Source: Octopus vulgaris (Eukaryota). Taken from it: a stretch of 64,000 bases of DNA. The notes under the pieces are model-generated. The model had not been told where the DNA came from and did no database searches. It saw only the letters and a list, made by a program, of their open reading frames with translations. Both the position numbers and the translations under genes were made by a program. The stretch is taken from assembly GCA_951406725.2 (NCBI GenBank), contig OX597825.1, positions 22,940,001 to 23,004,000 on the forward strand. The letters run 5' to 3'. Shown in pieces: positions 28,593-42,424 of this stretch; the first letter of the stretch is position 1; every line of letters starts with the position of its first letter.

Positions 28593-28674
28593 CTCTCGAC
28601 ATATGTTTCGAAGACAACATGTTTTCATTCCAAAGGAATAAAGGGTGCATTATGCAATCTTCTCATCAGGAAAG
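28593..28674 (-). ncRNA. type I hammerhead ribozyme with GUC site, within a Penelope-like terminal fragment (~28550-28870)
   Basis: Minus strand ctttc-CTGATGA-GAAGAT...GTCTTC-GAAAC-ATAT-GTC-GAGAG; all three stems pair; palindromic stem III ACATATGT. Confidence 0.85.
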
Positions 28675-31600
28675 AAAGGGAGCCTCTCTCGACAACAAGA
28701 CAAACAAAAATTTCGATGACTGCCTACATGGTAAACAAAACGATAATGAGTGTTTTTTTTTAAAAACCGTTAGAAGAATTGACGTCAAAGATAGATAGTA
28801 GGAAGAGAAGGGTTAAAGGAATAATAGGTAGGGAACAAGTGGAGAGGAAAGGGTACTATTGTTTGTTTTTATGTTATAATAGAAGCACTTTTACATTAAA
28901 TTGAAGGATTAGTGAATACATTTCGTAGAGTATATTACTTGTTGCACAATTTTTTTTTTAGCTTTTCTATTTTGCATGATTCTTGATGTGAATTCGTGTG
29001 TTGAAACAAATCTTGATTTGTCATGGGAAATTCATTACGCCAGCTATAAAACACAGGCACCGGTACGTGCGTGTGTTTATTAGTAATGACATAATGACCG
29101 TCCCAAAATATTTTAGTTCTTTCTTTAAATCACAAAAAATGCATATTATTTAATTTTCTGTTTCATCTTCAGTTGCAATATTTTCTTTAAATTTCCATTT
29201 CTTGTCATGAATTTTCCCATATTTTATCAATTAAGAATATTATCCCTTCTACGACTGTATTTCAAAATTATTGTAGGCAAGTAAATATTATAGATTTGCA
29301 AAAAAAAAAACCAAAAACAAATTATATCAAAATGCCAAAGAGGGAGCCGAAACGAAGGGGGAAAATGCCAATATAGCAGCATCAGCTGTAGGAGCAGTGG
29401 ACTTGAATCCTTTCAGCCAGAATTTGTAACGAATATGAGTTAACCAGCTTGAGTAAATAGAACCTGATTACGTCACCTTGTCAGAAACACAGTAGTACAT
29501 CACGAGCCTTGTCATGTATCATCACCAAAATAGAAAACAAAACGCTTGAATCCCCTATGATAAACGAAGCATCGGAAAGTCAGCATCCGAACACTGCATC
29601 TGAACTTACTTGACTGAAATTGTCTCCATATTTGCAGCCAGATATTGCTAGCATACACTTGATGAAGTTTCGTCGAAGTGATTCACTGGTGGAGTATTTT
29701 CTAGTTGGCTCACTTGAAGTGTCAAGTAGTTGGCACATGAGGCGTTGCTTGCTATATGGATGTGTTGAGAAAGATGGTAATAAGGTAGCGCAGAATACAG
29801 AGAGAGACGAAATTAAATCAATGGCCTCGAGCCGTGACGATAGATGGCCAAAGAGTAGTTGGTGGTGGATGCAGTACACATAGATTCATCAGATGTATAT
29901 GAAAGTGCAGTGAAATGTGATGAGCAAGAGTTGAGAGAAATGAATAGTAGAACGAATGGATTCTATGAAGAGAATTTTTGATATAAAGTGTATCCTAGGC
30001 GGCAATGATGGACCATATATGAGTGATTTACATCTTGGAAAGGAACATAATGGGGGTTTTGTGTTTTATTTAATAAGGACTGCAATCATGAATGATGGAA
30101 AAATGAAAGAAGAGCATTAAATTTGGTCTGTGAATAGGAAAAAATGTCTGTTAGTAAGAGATAATCCGTAAATGCGTTGAAATATAGAGGTAAATGTGTT
30201 AAAATAAATGCTGAATAGGAAAAAGAGGTATTGTAACTATTCAAATGATTAATATAAGTGGAACAAAATGTATGCAGAGTAGGCAATAAATTTACGAAAT
30301 AAACGAAATAAAAGTTGTAAATTTTGATTTTCCTGCTCGATGTGAGAGTCATGTTGGTGATGGCAGCGGTAATGACGATTTTTCTGCTATTTTTGGCAGG
30401 ATAATCTCCACTCTACACACAATGTATATGAGGCAGTGTTATCTAATATATTTGCTGTCTTTGTTTTTAGTTTGTACAGTCAATATGGTATCACCTGAAA
30501 GAGATTTGGCTCCTATTATTAACACACCGAGCCAGCATTCAGACCTTCCTTCGCTGGCACGAGATGTGACAGATTAAAGAATATTATTATGTAATAAAAC
30601 AAAAAGGGAGGCCAAGCAATGTCGAAAAATATGTGCATATTAATAGCAAGTGACAAAAAGGGCAAAAGAGAAATTGTTAAACCGCTTATGTTTAATATCT
30701 CTGAAATGATAAAATTTTCTCTGGCGTCAAGCCAATTGTAAAACTATAAAACAATAAATACAAGCTTTTGTGTCCATTGTTAGTGGGAGAACAAACAATA
30801 ATATAAAGTTGGCAGAACAGCAGATCAGTAGAATAAATAATCGATTTACAGTAATTAGTCTTTCTATATATATAACTAAATTCTATGTTCAACTTCACCT
30901 TTTGGCTCGCTAATGTCTATGAAATAAGTAACAGTAAAATCCAGGCGTCATTGTACTCGGTAGTATCCTATTTATTTTCTTAATTAGTCAAAATATAATG
31001 GAATTTTACATGCACATTAAAAGTACATCGCTGATTTAAGAAAAGATGCAGCTACTTTCACAAGCAAACCATTTTAGTATGTTTTTTAGTAATTCATTTA
31101 AGCACACAGAGTTCGCGACTTGATATTAAATTCTTTCCTAAAATTTGTGGCAGACCGTTTAGATGTTAGTTTTGTCCTTCATTTTATCTCACAGGAATCG
31201 AAATTGCCTTCCACGCATTCCTTTCAATAAAGCAAAGCATTAAGGTACCGAGATTTACAAATACAGACATAACAAACAATATATTGGGAATTATCTTTAA
31301 GGACTTGATCATTACCGAAAATTTGATATTCGAAGGAGTTGGTTCAGGGGAAGTCGTTCATGGGAATCATTTTACTATAAGCTAGTGGATTATGTCTAGA
31401 TATTTGAAATAAGTTTCCATGCCTCATACAGCTGCTACTCATTGCCTGGAGAACTTCGTCATATTTATGTTTAAGGATCAACATAAATGACTTTAGGATG
31501 CGTTTAACTCGAATTACCTACGTCTCACACCTTTTTAATACAAGATAGACAATGCCTGCGTTAAGGAGCTGGCAACGGACCCCAGACAGTATCGCATATT

Positions 31601-32999
31601 AGGGGAAGACATACGAAACTTCAACTTCCCTTGAGGTTATGTGATGTATTCTCGTTCCATGCAGTTACTAAAATATCTGTCAGTAATCAGATTAAACTAG
31701 AAATCCATGAAGATACCAATTGCTCTCCAAATGAAGAAAAGGTTACAAAAACGGAAAAGATAAAACGCTTATGCGGGAACACTCTTCCTTTGCTTTGCTC
31801 ATCTTTGAAGCCTTGCATTCATTGACATTTCATTCTTGGAAAAGCCCAACCTTTCCCTGGCCTGACCACATTCCGTCTCCCACGGAGGAAGAGAGAGGTG
31901 AGAGGGAGGGTTCGACAGAATCGATATCAGAACATGTTGTATGGACCACTGAAATGATGACAGGTAAAATTACCATCTAGGTGATTCGAACTCAAAAAAT
32001 GGAAAGCAGTAATATATAATGCTAATTATTCTATCTGACATCCCAGTAACCCTACCTATTCAAATTCGGGAACTTTCCAAGACTATTGATTTCATCAATA
32101 AAAATATGTACCCCAAATGGCCTGTAAATGTCCAGTCAAAGAGGAAATTGTCTATTTCTACCATATCTTATCTTTTCTAATCTCTTTCTACCATATCTAT
32201 TGCGGTCATCTCATCACCTTAAGTTTTACACTTTATCTCACATTCCCCGGTGTTGCTCAACCGCCTTCATTGTCGTATTTCATTATTTCTTTCATCTAGG
32301 GATTCTATATGCATAATAATATCCTTTAGAGTTCACGTACAACAGTGTGTCGTAGAACGTGATTAAATTATTGCACATTTTACGCCTTTCAGTAACTGAG
32401 GGAAATTGATTCGAAATTCACATGCGCCATTTTGTTTTAAGAATTCCAATGGATAAAAGAATTATTTTTCTCTAAGTTTTACAAATTAGCGAATAATCTT
32501 ACTCATAGTTAGACGTTTCATTTTATATTTCAATACATGTCTCCAGCTCAGTTAAAACAAAAGAAAATCAGATGAAAAAAAATATCTCTTCGCAACTTCA
32601 CTGAATGTAAGAAATAACACAACAAACGAGATTACTATTGAGAACAATATTCCATTGAATCGAAAACTAACGTTTGTACTGGAACAAATGTGGAATAAGC
32701 GTCTGCATGGACGAGAATAAAAGACGTCAGATAGCAAGAACACGAACAATATAAGAAATATATTAGATTATATATATCTATATATGTGTTTTAGACTTTT
32801 GCTTGTAACATTATTGGGGCTTTTTTTTCTTCTTTAATGATGACATTATTGTTTTTCTTGTTCATCTTTTTCTTGTATACGGAAACCTGTAATTCTCCAA
32901 TCCACTGGGAATCGATATAGTCTTGAAAGTATGATATACGTAGTAAGCAACTAGACAACACAATTATGTTACAAACACTCACTGTTTACAGTGTATTGT

Positions 33000-33063
33000 T
33001 TATATATATATGTATATATATATACATATATATATGACTATATATATGTATATCTATATACAT

Positions 33064-33102
<39 letters not shown>

Positions 33103-33204
33103 CGTATATATGTATATACATGGATATACATACACATAATTCGATATATATATATATATGATTATATATATATATACATATATATACATATTTATATATA
33201 TACG

Positions 33205-33260
<56 letters not shown>

Positions 33261-33282
33261 GATATGTATGTATATGTGTATG

Positions 33283-33334
<52 letters not shown>

Positions 33335-33613
33335 CATACACACACTTTCATATATCTGCGTGTACGTGTCTGTCTCTCTTATAGACGGAAAGAACTAAAA
33401 GAAAACAAAAATCAAGAAACTAAGATATTTAATCAAATAATTTACATATATATTACTCCGGACGAGAACATGTTTCAAGCGTGTAGGCGCTTGTATGTAT
33501 TTTTACGTCTGGTCATCTCTATGAGTATGCACAGATTTCTCTGTGCGTGCAATATATAATGATTGTATGTGTGTTTGCACGCGTGAGTGTATGTGTGTGT
33601 GTGCGTGCGTGTA

Positions 33614-33645
<32 letters not shown>

Positions 33646-33883
33646 CATGTGTGTGTGTGTGTGTGTATCTTAGAAATATGCGTGTGAAATAAAACGGAAG
33701 CTCTGCAGCATCTGTCGTATCACAATATACACTTTTCCACGATTTACTGTGGACGACCAAAGAATGAATTCGATTGTTCTGCAAACTTGGTATTTATGGA
33801 TCTCACAGAAAGATATATAAATATATATATAGCTTTATATATATATATATATATATATATATCTATATTTATATATATATCTA

Positions 33884-33922
<39 letters not shown>

Positions 33923-34172
33923 ATCGAAGGCACTATACACACACGCCCGCAGGCACACATGAATATTTCCGTGTGTGTGTGAGAGAGTAAGAGAGTGCGA
34001 GCGTGCGTGTCTGTGCGCGCCCGCGCATTGTGTGTATACACATACATTTGCTAAATAAACTAAACACATACTCATATATGATATATTTATAATATACACC
34101 ACATATCTATCTATACTTATATAATATATATATATATATATATAATATATATATAAACACATACATACAGAC

Positions 34173-34224
<52 letters not shown>

Positions 34225-34264
34225 ATATATATATTTATACATATATATACATATACATATATAT

Positions 34265-34300
<36 letters not shown>

Positions 34301-34836
34301 GCATATACGCACACATACATACAACCACGAACGTAACAAGCAAGAAAGACTATAAATGCTAAAGTGAGTATAAGCATATATACATTCATCCGTGTATATA
34401 CAATGGAGTGCACGTCTGTGTCTATGACTGGCAGTGTGTGTAAATGCCTAAAAGCATATGTATACTGCATTTTTTTTTTCTACAAGCGAAATGGATACCG
34501 AATACATCAATAACCACTGCTGGCGCTTCAGTGCATATTTGAACAGCCAGCTTATCGACATTTGCTTCTCTTCGAAATAAATACCCGGAATATACCTAAG
34601 AACTTCTGGAAATGTAAACCACACTGCTCTGGCTTTCCGGCCGGATGGAACAATTAAAGGAAAGTCTAAAGAAGATACTACATCTCACTTTCTCTTTCCC
34701 CTACCCTCTTCCCCCCTCTCTGTCTCTCTCTCTCTCTCCTTTGATGTAAATACATATGTATGGGATACATACGTAAATATATATATATATATATAAATCA
34801 TACTTACAATAAGAATATATATATAATCATGCAGCC

Positions 34837-34901
<65 letters not shown>

Positions 34902-35209
34902 TACATATATAGACATACATATATATATATATGCACACATATATATATATACATATATATATAGGTATTTATATACGTATATATGTATTTATATACGTAG
35001 ATGTATATTTATATACATATATACATACATATATATAAATCATACTTACAACATAAATATAGATATAATCATACACCCTCCATATATATATATATACACA
35101 TACATATACATATATATATATATGCATATATATATATGTACTTATATACGTATATAAGTATTTATATACATATATGTATATTTATATATACACATATATA
35201 TATTCATAT

Positions 35210-35258
<49 letters not shown>

Positions 35259-35261
35259 TGT

Positions 35262-35316
<55 letters not shown>

Positions 35317-35320
35317 TGTA
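33000..35320. repeat. several (TA)n-rich tracts interleaved with unique segments
   Basis: Seen directly. Confidence 0.9.
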
Positions 35321-35925
35321 TACAAATGAACGTTCTTATCACACACTAGCACACACGTGCGGGGGTTTATATCTTTATTGACGTAGATTTAACGAATAAT
35401 CTATTGAAAATTACGGTTTCGTTTTGTAAAGTTGCTAAATAATATACTTTACTATCAACAGAAAATTCTCAGGAAAGTAGACCAGATTGAGACGAAAGCA
35501 ATGGCGATAGGGAAATCCAAAGAAATAAAATCGAAGAGGAAGGATGTAAAAAATGCAGCTCAAAACCACTAAATCTGATGGGTCTGTAAAAGTATTTGGA
35601 GTTACAAAATGAAAGCAAAAAGGAGAGCAAGTTATCGGTATTGGCTTGTCAATATATAAAAAGGATATGGTTCGACAAGTGATATGTATATATACACAGA
35701 GGGGACGTATGCACACAATGTACGTATACATACAAACCCGCCTCGTTATACAGTATACACAAACGTGTATTGCTGAGGTGGATGCAAGGCAGTTGTTGAA
35801 TAATCGGCAAAAAGTTCCTGAAGAGGAAGTCCCTGCTAGAACGTATTTGCAGAGCACTTATATTTTTATTTACATACATACATACATGCATACACATACA
35901 TATACATACATGCATACACATACAT

Positions 35926-35958
<33 letters not shown>

Positions 35959-36121
35959 CATAGATATATATATATACACACACACATATATACATATATG
36001 TATGTATATATATATATGTATGCATATATATATATATATATAAGCACAAACGTAGTGTATAGTTGACACATCCTATGAAATTGGAGATGAACAAACACGT
36101 ACTGAAAGAGAGATACAATAA

Positions 36122-36122
<1 letters not shown>

Positions 36123-36209
<87 letters not shown>
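36123..36209. repeat. (AGT)n microsatellite
   Basis: Seen directly; source of a poly-Leu ORF. Confidence 0.97.
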
Positions 36210-36211
<2 letters not shown>

Positions 36212-36708
36212 CAGTAGGAGCAATGGAAGGAAGTGAGGCGAAATAAGAAGTGCTAAACTGCTAGAAGTCATTTTTTTTATCATTACTCGTATAACACACC
36301 CTGTGTTATGTGGTTAATGCCATTTAGACTAAACATAAAAAATAGATCCTGTATATCTTCAGGCATTATACACTTTCTGCAGAAGTATTCGCATTATAGA
36401 CGCAAATGTGTAAAGTTAAATGAGGAGTGAAATTAATAGATTTATCTATATATTTTGAAGACTGGCATGTGAGGCAGAATAAAATATCGGCAGGTTGTTC
36501 CTTCGAATAAATTTCAAACACCGTTTTCCTCCAACATTTGTAGCCGCAACCATTAGTAAGTCATTCTAAACATTACGAGATGCATTTGCACTATTCGCTG
36601 TTAAAAGGATACTGTTCTTTCGTTACTATATTTTAAAAACTAAAATACACCTTTTGATAGGTTTCAAGTACATTCTTAATAAATCATGTATATATATATA
36701 TATATATA

Positions 36709-36880
36709 GGGAAAGTTTACGAAAATAACAAAAGACGAAGACAAGTGGTATACAAAACAAACAGGTGTATTAGTATAACGCTCAGGAATAGAAAAAGTCT
36801 TTTACGTTTCGAGCCTACGCTCTTCTACAGAAAAGTACACAGAAAAAAAACAAGGACAGAAACAAGGAGAGAAAAAAAGG
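36709..36880 (-). mobile_element. short pLTR-like element with minimal HHR (36799-36835)
   Basis: Minus strand ctttt-CTGTAGA-A-GAGC-gtag-GCTC-GAAAC-GTA-AAAG; homologous to 3123-3335. Confidence 0.65.
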
Positions 36881-37082
36881 AGATATAATACAAATAAGAA
36901 AATGGAGAAACAAATATATTTTGTTCATCAACTTTCGGATATTAGTATGTTGGATTATTTATTCATTTAACAAAATGAGAACCTCAATAGCATACATATA
37001 TATCTTATAATTCAATACATATAAGATAAGAATACAAATTATAAAAATCATAATATAAATTCTTGAAATCATTAAAATCACT

Positions 37083-37214
37083 TCTTACAGCTGTTTCAGC
37101 CTATGGCTAAAAGTATTTATTTTTATTGTTATTGCCTATAGTTTTCAACATAATGAGGTTGTAGGCATTCAAAAATAGAGTACTTATACATATAACCATA
37201 GGCCTCGTCAGAGG
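37083..37214 (-). ncRNA. hammerhead ribozyme with ~105-nt stem-loop II
   Basis: Minus strand CTGACGA-GGCCTATGGTTA...TAGCCATAGGCT-GAAAC-AGCT-GTA-AG; 12-bp stem II base; short stem I. Confidence 0.7.
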
Positions 37215-37437
37215 TTTTTAGGAACTTTAAAAATATTAATATTAATACATTAAACATGATACGCGTATTATTTAATGTATATAAAAAATATGAACAAATA
37301 TCCATATAGCCATATACATATACATATATACACATATACATACATAAGCAAAGTGTATATACTTTTACATCTGTAAAATACATAAGCACAATTAAACAAT
37401 AGGTCCAAGTAGATAACCATACGTCATATACATACAA

Positions 37438-37483
<46 letters not shown>

Positions 37484-37529
37484 ACATATAAACGCGCGTA
37501 TGCTTATTAGCAGATAAATAATAATGAAT

Positions 37530-37946
37530 TACTCTTTACTCTTTACTCTTTTTACTTGTTTCAGTCATTTGACTGCGGCCATGCTGGAGCACCGCCTTTA
37601 TTCGAGCAAATCGACCCCGGGACTTATTCTTTGTAAGATGAATACTTATTATATCGGTCTCTTTCGCCGAACCGCTAAGTGACGGGGACGTAAACACACC
37701 AGCATCGGTTGTCAAGCAATGCTAGGGGAACAAACACAGACACACAAACACACACATTCATATATATATATATACATATATACGACAGGCATCTTTCAGT
37801 TTCCGCCTACCAAATCCACTCACAAGACATTGGTCAGCCCGGGGCTATAGCAGATAACACCTGCCCAAGATGCCACGCAGTGGGACTGAACCCGGAACCA
37901 TGTGGTTGGTTAGCAAGCTACTTACCACACAGCCACTCCTGCGCCT
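37530..37946 (-). mobile_element. SINE family A, full length
   Basis: Reverse-complement homology to family A. Confidence 0.9.
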
Positions 37947-37967
37947 AATATAATAATAATATCAATT

Positions 37968-37969
<2 letters not shown>

Positions 37970-37999
<30 letters not shown>

Positions 38000-38002
38000 G
38001 TA

Positions 38003-38070
<68 letters not shown>

Positions 38071-38075
38071 TCAAT
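37970..38075. repeat. (AAT)n microsatellite
   Basis: Seen directly. Confidence 0.97.
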
Positions 38076-38567
38076 AATAACAATATTATAACACGTCTAT
38101 GCTTATGACCAGATAAATAACAATCAATTATTAATAATAATACTGTTATTATTATCAATACAACATACACTTTTTTGTTTATGTTGTATCTTTCAACGTC
38201 TTTGCATATTTTACCTATCGAACCATAGTTTTATTCATATCACCTGCCTCATTCTGTGGCTTCCATCTTTCATTGAGCGAAGGAATGCAAAATTATTTCT
38301 ACATAAAATGGATCCATAAATATACACTTCGATTTAACACTGAATAAACATGGATTGTAACGAATACACATACATTGATATTGTAACGAAGCTTCCGTTA
38401 TAAAGTTTGAAATAACCGGCAAATTTTCCACTTGAATATTGCAAAGGTGATCCAGCGTGCAAGAATAATGCTTGATAAATCTTTGGCTTGTATAAGTACA
38501 TATTTCCATTGAAACAATGGAGAAAAGCAGACAGACAAACAGACAGATATAGATGTGAAGAGAGAGA

Positions 38568-38603
<36 letters not shown>

Positions 38604-40097
38604 AAGAGAGAGAAAGAGAGAGATCTGATTATATAAGAGTATATTAAATAATACTGTTCTTTCTCTTGGCTGGAAAAGATATAAAATTGTTCTGTTGATT
38701 CGTTCAGCAGGAGAATGCGTTATCTATTGGTGCATAAAAGGAGAGGAAATAAAACTGTCCAGTTTTCCTGTATTTCCCAAGTAATATTACAGACATGTAT
38801 GTTAAGAACTGCTTATTAATGTTAACTATTAACAGTGGATCTCCGTCAAAATCTTCAACTATATTTTCCCAAATGTTTGAATTATCGAATCATTGAAATT
38901 AGAATATAAATGGCTCTGTATTCCAGTCAACCAACGAGTTTGTAAACGTCACTGCACTGATTAAATTTTTTACTGGTGATGTAACATGCTAATCCTATGC
39001 AATTTAGTTCTCACAATCTCTTTGTGTTGTCCAATAGAAACAAAATATGCGTGGTATGTCACAGGAATTATGGCCGATTCACGAAAGTACTTGACTATCC
39101 AAAAACGACTTCACTCGGTTCTCACATCCCAAGTGTATATGCATGGACCAAATACACTTAGCTCCCACATAATAAGAGTCGATGTAATTCCCACGGAAAG
39201 TTAACGTGATACAATGTTTAATAAGTTTGCATTTTTCTATTAACCTCCCTGGCGGGTTTCCGTACAGTTTCAGTCTTTGTAACTTAATTCATAAGATAGA
39301 AGGTACTGGAATCAAACCCGTGACGTTGGGACTACGAAACAAATTTTTTAAATACTCAGCCACAAGATGATGATTAATCACTGTGATAATTACATAACGA
39401 TAACACTTAAGCAATAAAGTAGCGCACATAATGACTTAAAATTTAATACTTCCAGGCGAGAAAAAAGAACAAGAAAAATATTCCAATAGAAATTACGGTG
39501 AGGAAAGAAGTATGACAGTTCAAAATAACATAGCAGATGTTATGTATCTCATATATTTTCCTTTTTTCAACTGTTTTATAAGAATATATGAATTCGTGTA
39601 TTGAAGCAAATTATGTTGTGTACAGGGAGAGTCGTATTGCTTTGATGCCTTATTATCTAACACACTCACCGGTACGTTTTCCGCTCATTTATTATTTATA
39701 TTTTTTCTTCCAAAGTTTTCGTTGCCTTTTTGCAACCTTGTCAATGGATGTTGATTCTGTCGGTTATTGAAGCTTCGCCCTTCTTTATCTGTGCGCACCC
39801 GTTCATATTACTTTTAAGAAAACAGAAATAATTACAAATTTCGGTATACAACCAAATAGTTTAATAGGAAGAGACAAATCGATTACATCGACTCAAGTGC
39901 TTGATTAGTACTTTAATCAACCGCAGGAAGTTGAAAGACAAAGTTGATCGGCAGAATTTGAACTCAGAATGCAAAGTATGTTTCTCCATCGGGGTAACGA
40001 TACTTCCAGCACGCCACCTTCATGATAACAATCATTTTTTTCCTACTATAAGCACAAACGTTGGGGAAAGGAACTAGTAAATCACACGAGGCCAGTA

Positions 40098-40457
40098 CTT
40101 GGCTTTCTTGTTTCTTGATGAAGTTGGGAAAATCTCAGAGGCATCATTGTACCTAGAGCCGACCATGCCCACCAATGCTCCACAATGCCTACGGTTCCAT
40201 GCCAGCCTCTATGCCTCCTCCAAGATAACCTCGAGCCTCTGGAGATCTTCCAGAATCACATCCAGCTATCTGGTTCGGGGCCTACCACGGAGCCTCCTCC
40301 AGCCCGCAGCTGCTACATTAAACGAGAGTAAGGCTCTCGTAGGATGATCTTGCAGTATGCAGAGGACAATTTCGCACCAGTGCAATGGGGCAGAAGGCTG
40401 CATGCTGGTGCATGCATGCTCGTGATTTTATGGTACCTGGCTCATCCTGTCTCCATG
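40098..40457 (-). mobile_element. RTE-clade LINE 3' fragment, between degenerate family-B SINE pieces
   Basis: Minus frame QDHPTRALLSFNVAAAGWRRLRGRPRTR*LDVILEDLQRL..EEA*RLAWNRRH matches the RTE ORF C-terminus (RxRGRP..W.D.+..D); short CAAGAAA tail. Confidence 0.8.
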
Positions 40458-41197
40458 ATTTAATCAATCCCAAAGGATAAAATAAAAATGTTAACCTTGC
40501 CGGTATTTGAACTCCGAACGGAAATTAGAAAGACATGCAACTTAGCATGTTTTTTGTCCGATGTGGTAATGATTCTGCCACCCTGCTGCTTTAACAAAGA
40601 AGCAACAATAAACAGCACTGACTGATATTGTTTCTCTTTCGCTCGGAGAAAGAACAAAAAACAAGTTAATTCAATTGAGTATAATAGATAATATATTATG
40701 TGAAAAATATTTCAAAATAATTAGCAATATCAGTTTTTCAGACTTTAAAGTTTCTCTGAGATACGAAAATTATATTACCTTGTGGGAATACGTGAAATAG
40801 AGAATCTAATCTTTTATATAGAACGCTAGGTATGACGGTAGTTTTTACGAGTGCAAACCAATTACATTGGGTAGAAGAGAGATTCTTATAATTGTCCACT
40901 TTGTAGAAAGAGCAATAAAATCCATTTTTAAAACGTTGTTTATCGTTTTTAGGGAAGGAGGGCATATTGAATAATTTGAGATAAACACTGACTGATTATA
41001 TTTAAAGTACAAAGCTATTATGAACAAAACCTCCATTCAAATATGTGCCTTTGTATCTGTATAAGAATTTATTATTATACATTTGATAAAACTATCTAGA
41101 AAACAGCAAGCGATGTACTAAATGTCTTATACATTCAACACCACAATATTCGGTCTATTTGTACATACTATTATATGTATACATAGATTATATATTG

Positions 41198-41241
<44 letters not shown>

Positions 41242-41265
41242 TCACACACACACACACATACAATG

Positions 41266-41313
<48 letters not shown>

Positions 41314-41379
41314 AGAGGAAACAATAATAAGGCAGAATGCTTAACTAAAAGTAAATTTTAATAAAAATGGGTGTATGAA

Positions 41380-41950
41380 AAATTAAAAAAAGAAATTAAC
41401 CGGCTTTCATTGCGAAGCAAATTTTCAAGATTTGGAAGGGAAAAATTTCTTTTTTTAAATTGAGGAAGGGGAAAAATGTAATTTACAATGTTTCTTTTCA
41501 AAATAATAATAACTATATACAAAAATTAATAAACAAGTATTCCAATACATTGTAGTGTCTTTATGCTTTTAGAGTTCAATAATAGTTCATGGAAAAACTT
41601 CTTTGGGGAATTAGGATCCATGTGCTTAAATGTAGTGTTTTGTTTGAAACGGTTGGATGTTTAACACAATCCCACCATTTATTGACTTATATATAAATAT
41701 ATTTATATCATGCAAATGTGTCGAAAGTTCAAAACTTTGCTTTTTCAGAAAACGAAACAATAGTTTCACGATTCCACAGCAAAACCGCCGTACTGCACTT
41801 TGACAATTTTTAATATCTTGCCACCTGGAGCAGCAGGCGTTACGATATTTTGACCAAAAGAACCGGCAATTGGAAGCAAATATAATCATTGAAAAAAAAA
41901 AACGCACTTGGTCAAATTTGGACATACGACAGTTTAACGTAATAGCAACG
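41380..41950 (-). mobile_element. degraded Penelope-like 3' fragment
   Basis: Minus strand KKQSFELSTHLH...LLLNSK resembles a PLE GIY-YIG tail; degenerate HHR TTGAAAA-TTTGC-ttc-GCAAT-GAAA-GCCGG-TTA near 41397-41430. Confidence 0.45.
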
Positions 41951-42102
41951 ATATATACTCTGATAGGGGTTGGAACGGCCTCGAACACCGAACCGAGAAT
42001 TCCTTAGCATGACCTGCCAATTTCAGCTCTTTCCGTAGCCATCTTCAGTAAGGACAGCTCGTTCGGTTGATTTTGGGTTAGCTCGCCTATCAGAGTATAT
42101 AT
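41951..42102 (-). repeat. fold-back element with 17-bp perfect terminal IR and central HHR-like motif
   Basis: atatatactctgatagg/cctatcagagtatatat; minus strand tcctta-CTGAAGA-T-GGCT..AGCT-GAAA..TAAGGA; cleavage triplet degenerate. Confidence 0.65.
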
Positions 42103-42424
42103 ATTCACCATAAAAATCTATGGATGAGTTTGCAAATCGCTAATTTATTTTTTTATTATTTTTATTTTAACTAGTTTCAGCTCACGAGCTGTGGCCATGC
42201 TGGGGCGCCGCCATTTAATGGGTATACAAAAAAATTAATTAAAAAAAAGGTGTTTCCAACGTTATACCGTAAATGAGAATTACAGTCGTCAACCTGACTA
42301 AGGATGTGAATAACACCTACATTGCTAAAAATAGGAGCTAAAGTGCTCCAATGTTGTTACAAAGCACATAACATACACTCTGTTAGGGATTGGAGCATTT
42401 TAGTCTATATCATCCCGTCTTTTC

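Noticed and set aside
29040-29990. TATA-like ctataaaa and overlapping 99-aa/87-aa ORFs
   Set aside because: No recognisable domain or convincing splice structure
33440-33525. Minus-strand GAAAC-AT-GTT with upstream AGATGA
   Set aside because: Core too degenerate
35460-35630. K-rich frame (KSKEIKSKRKDVKNAAQNH) resembling an AMPA receptor C-tail
   Set aside because: Low complexity, and no preceding M4 helix was found
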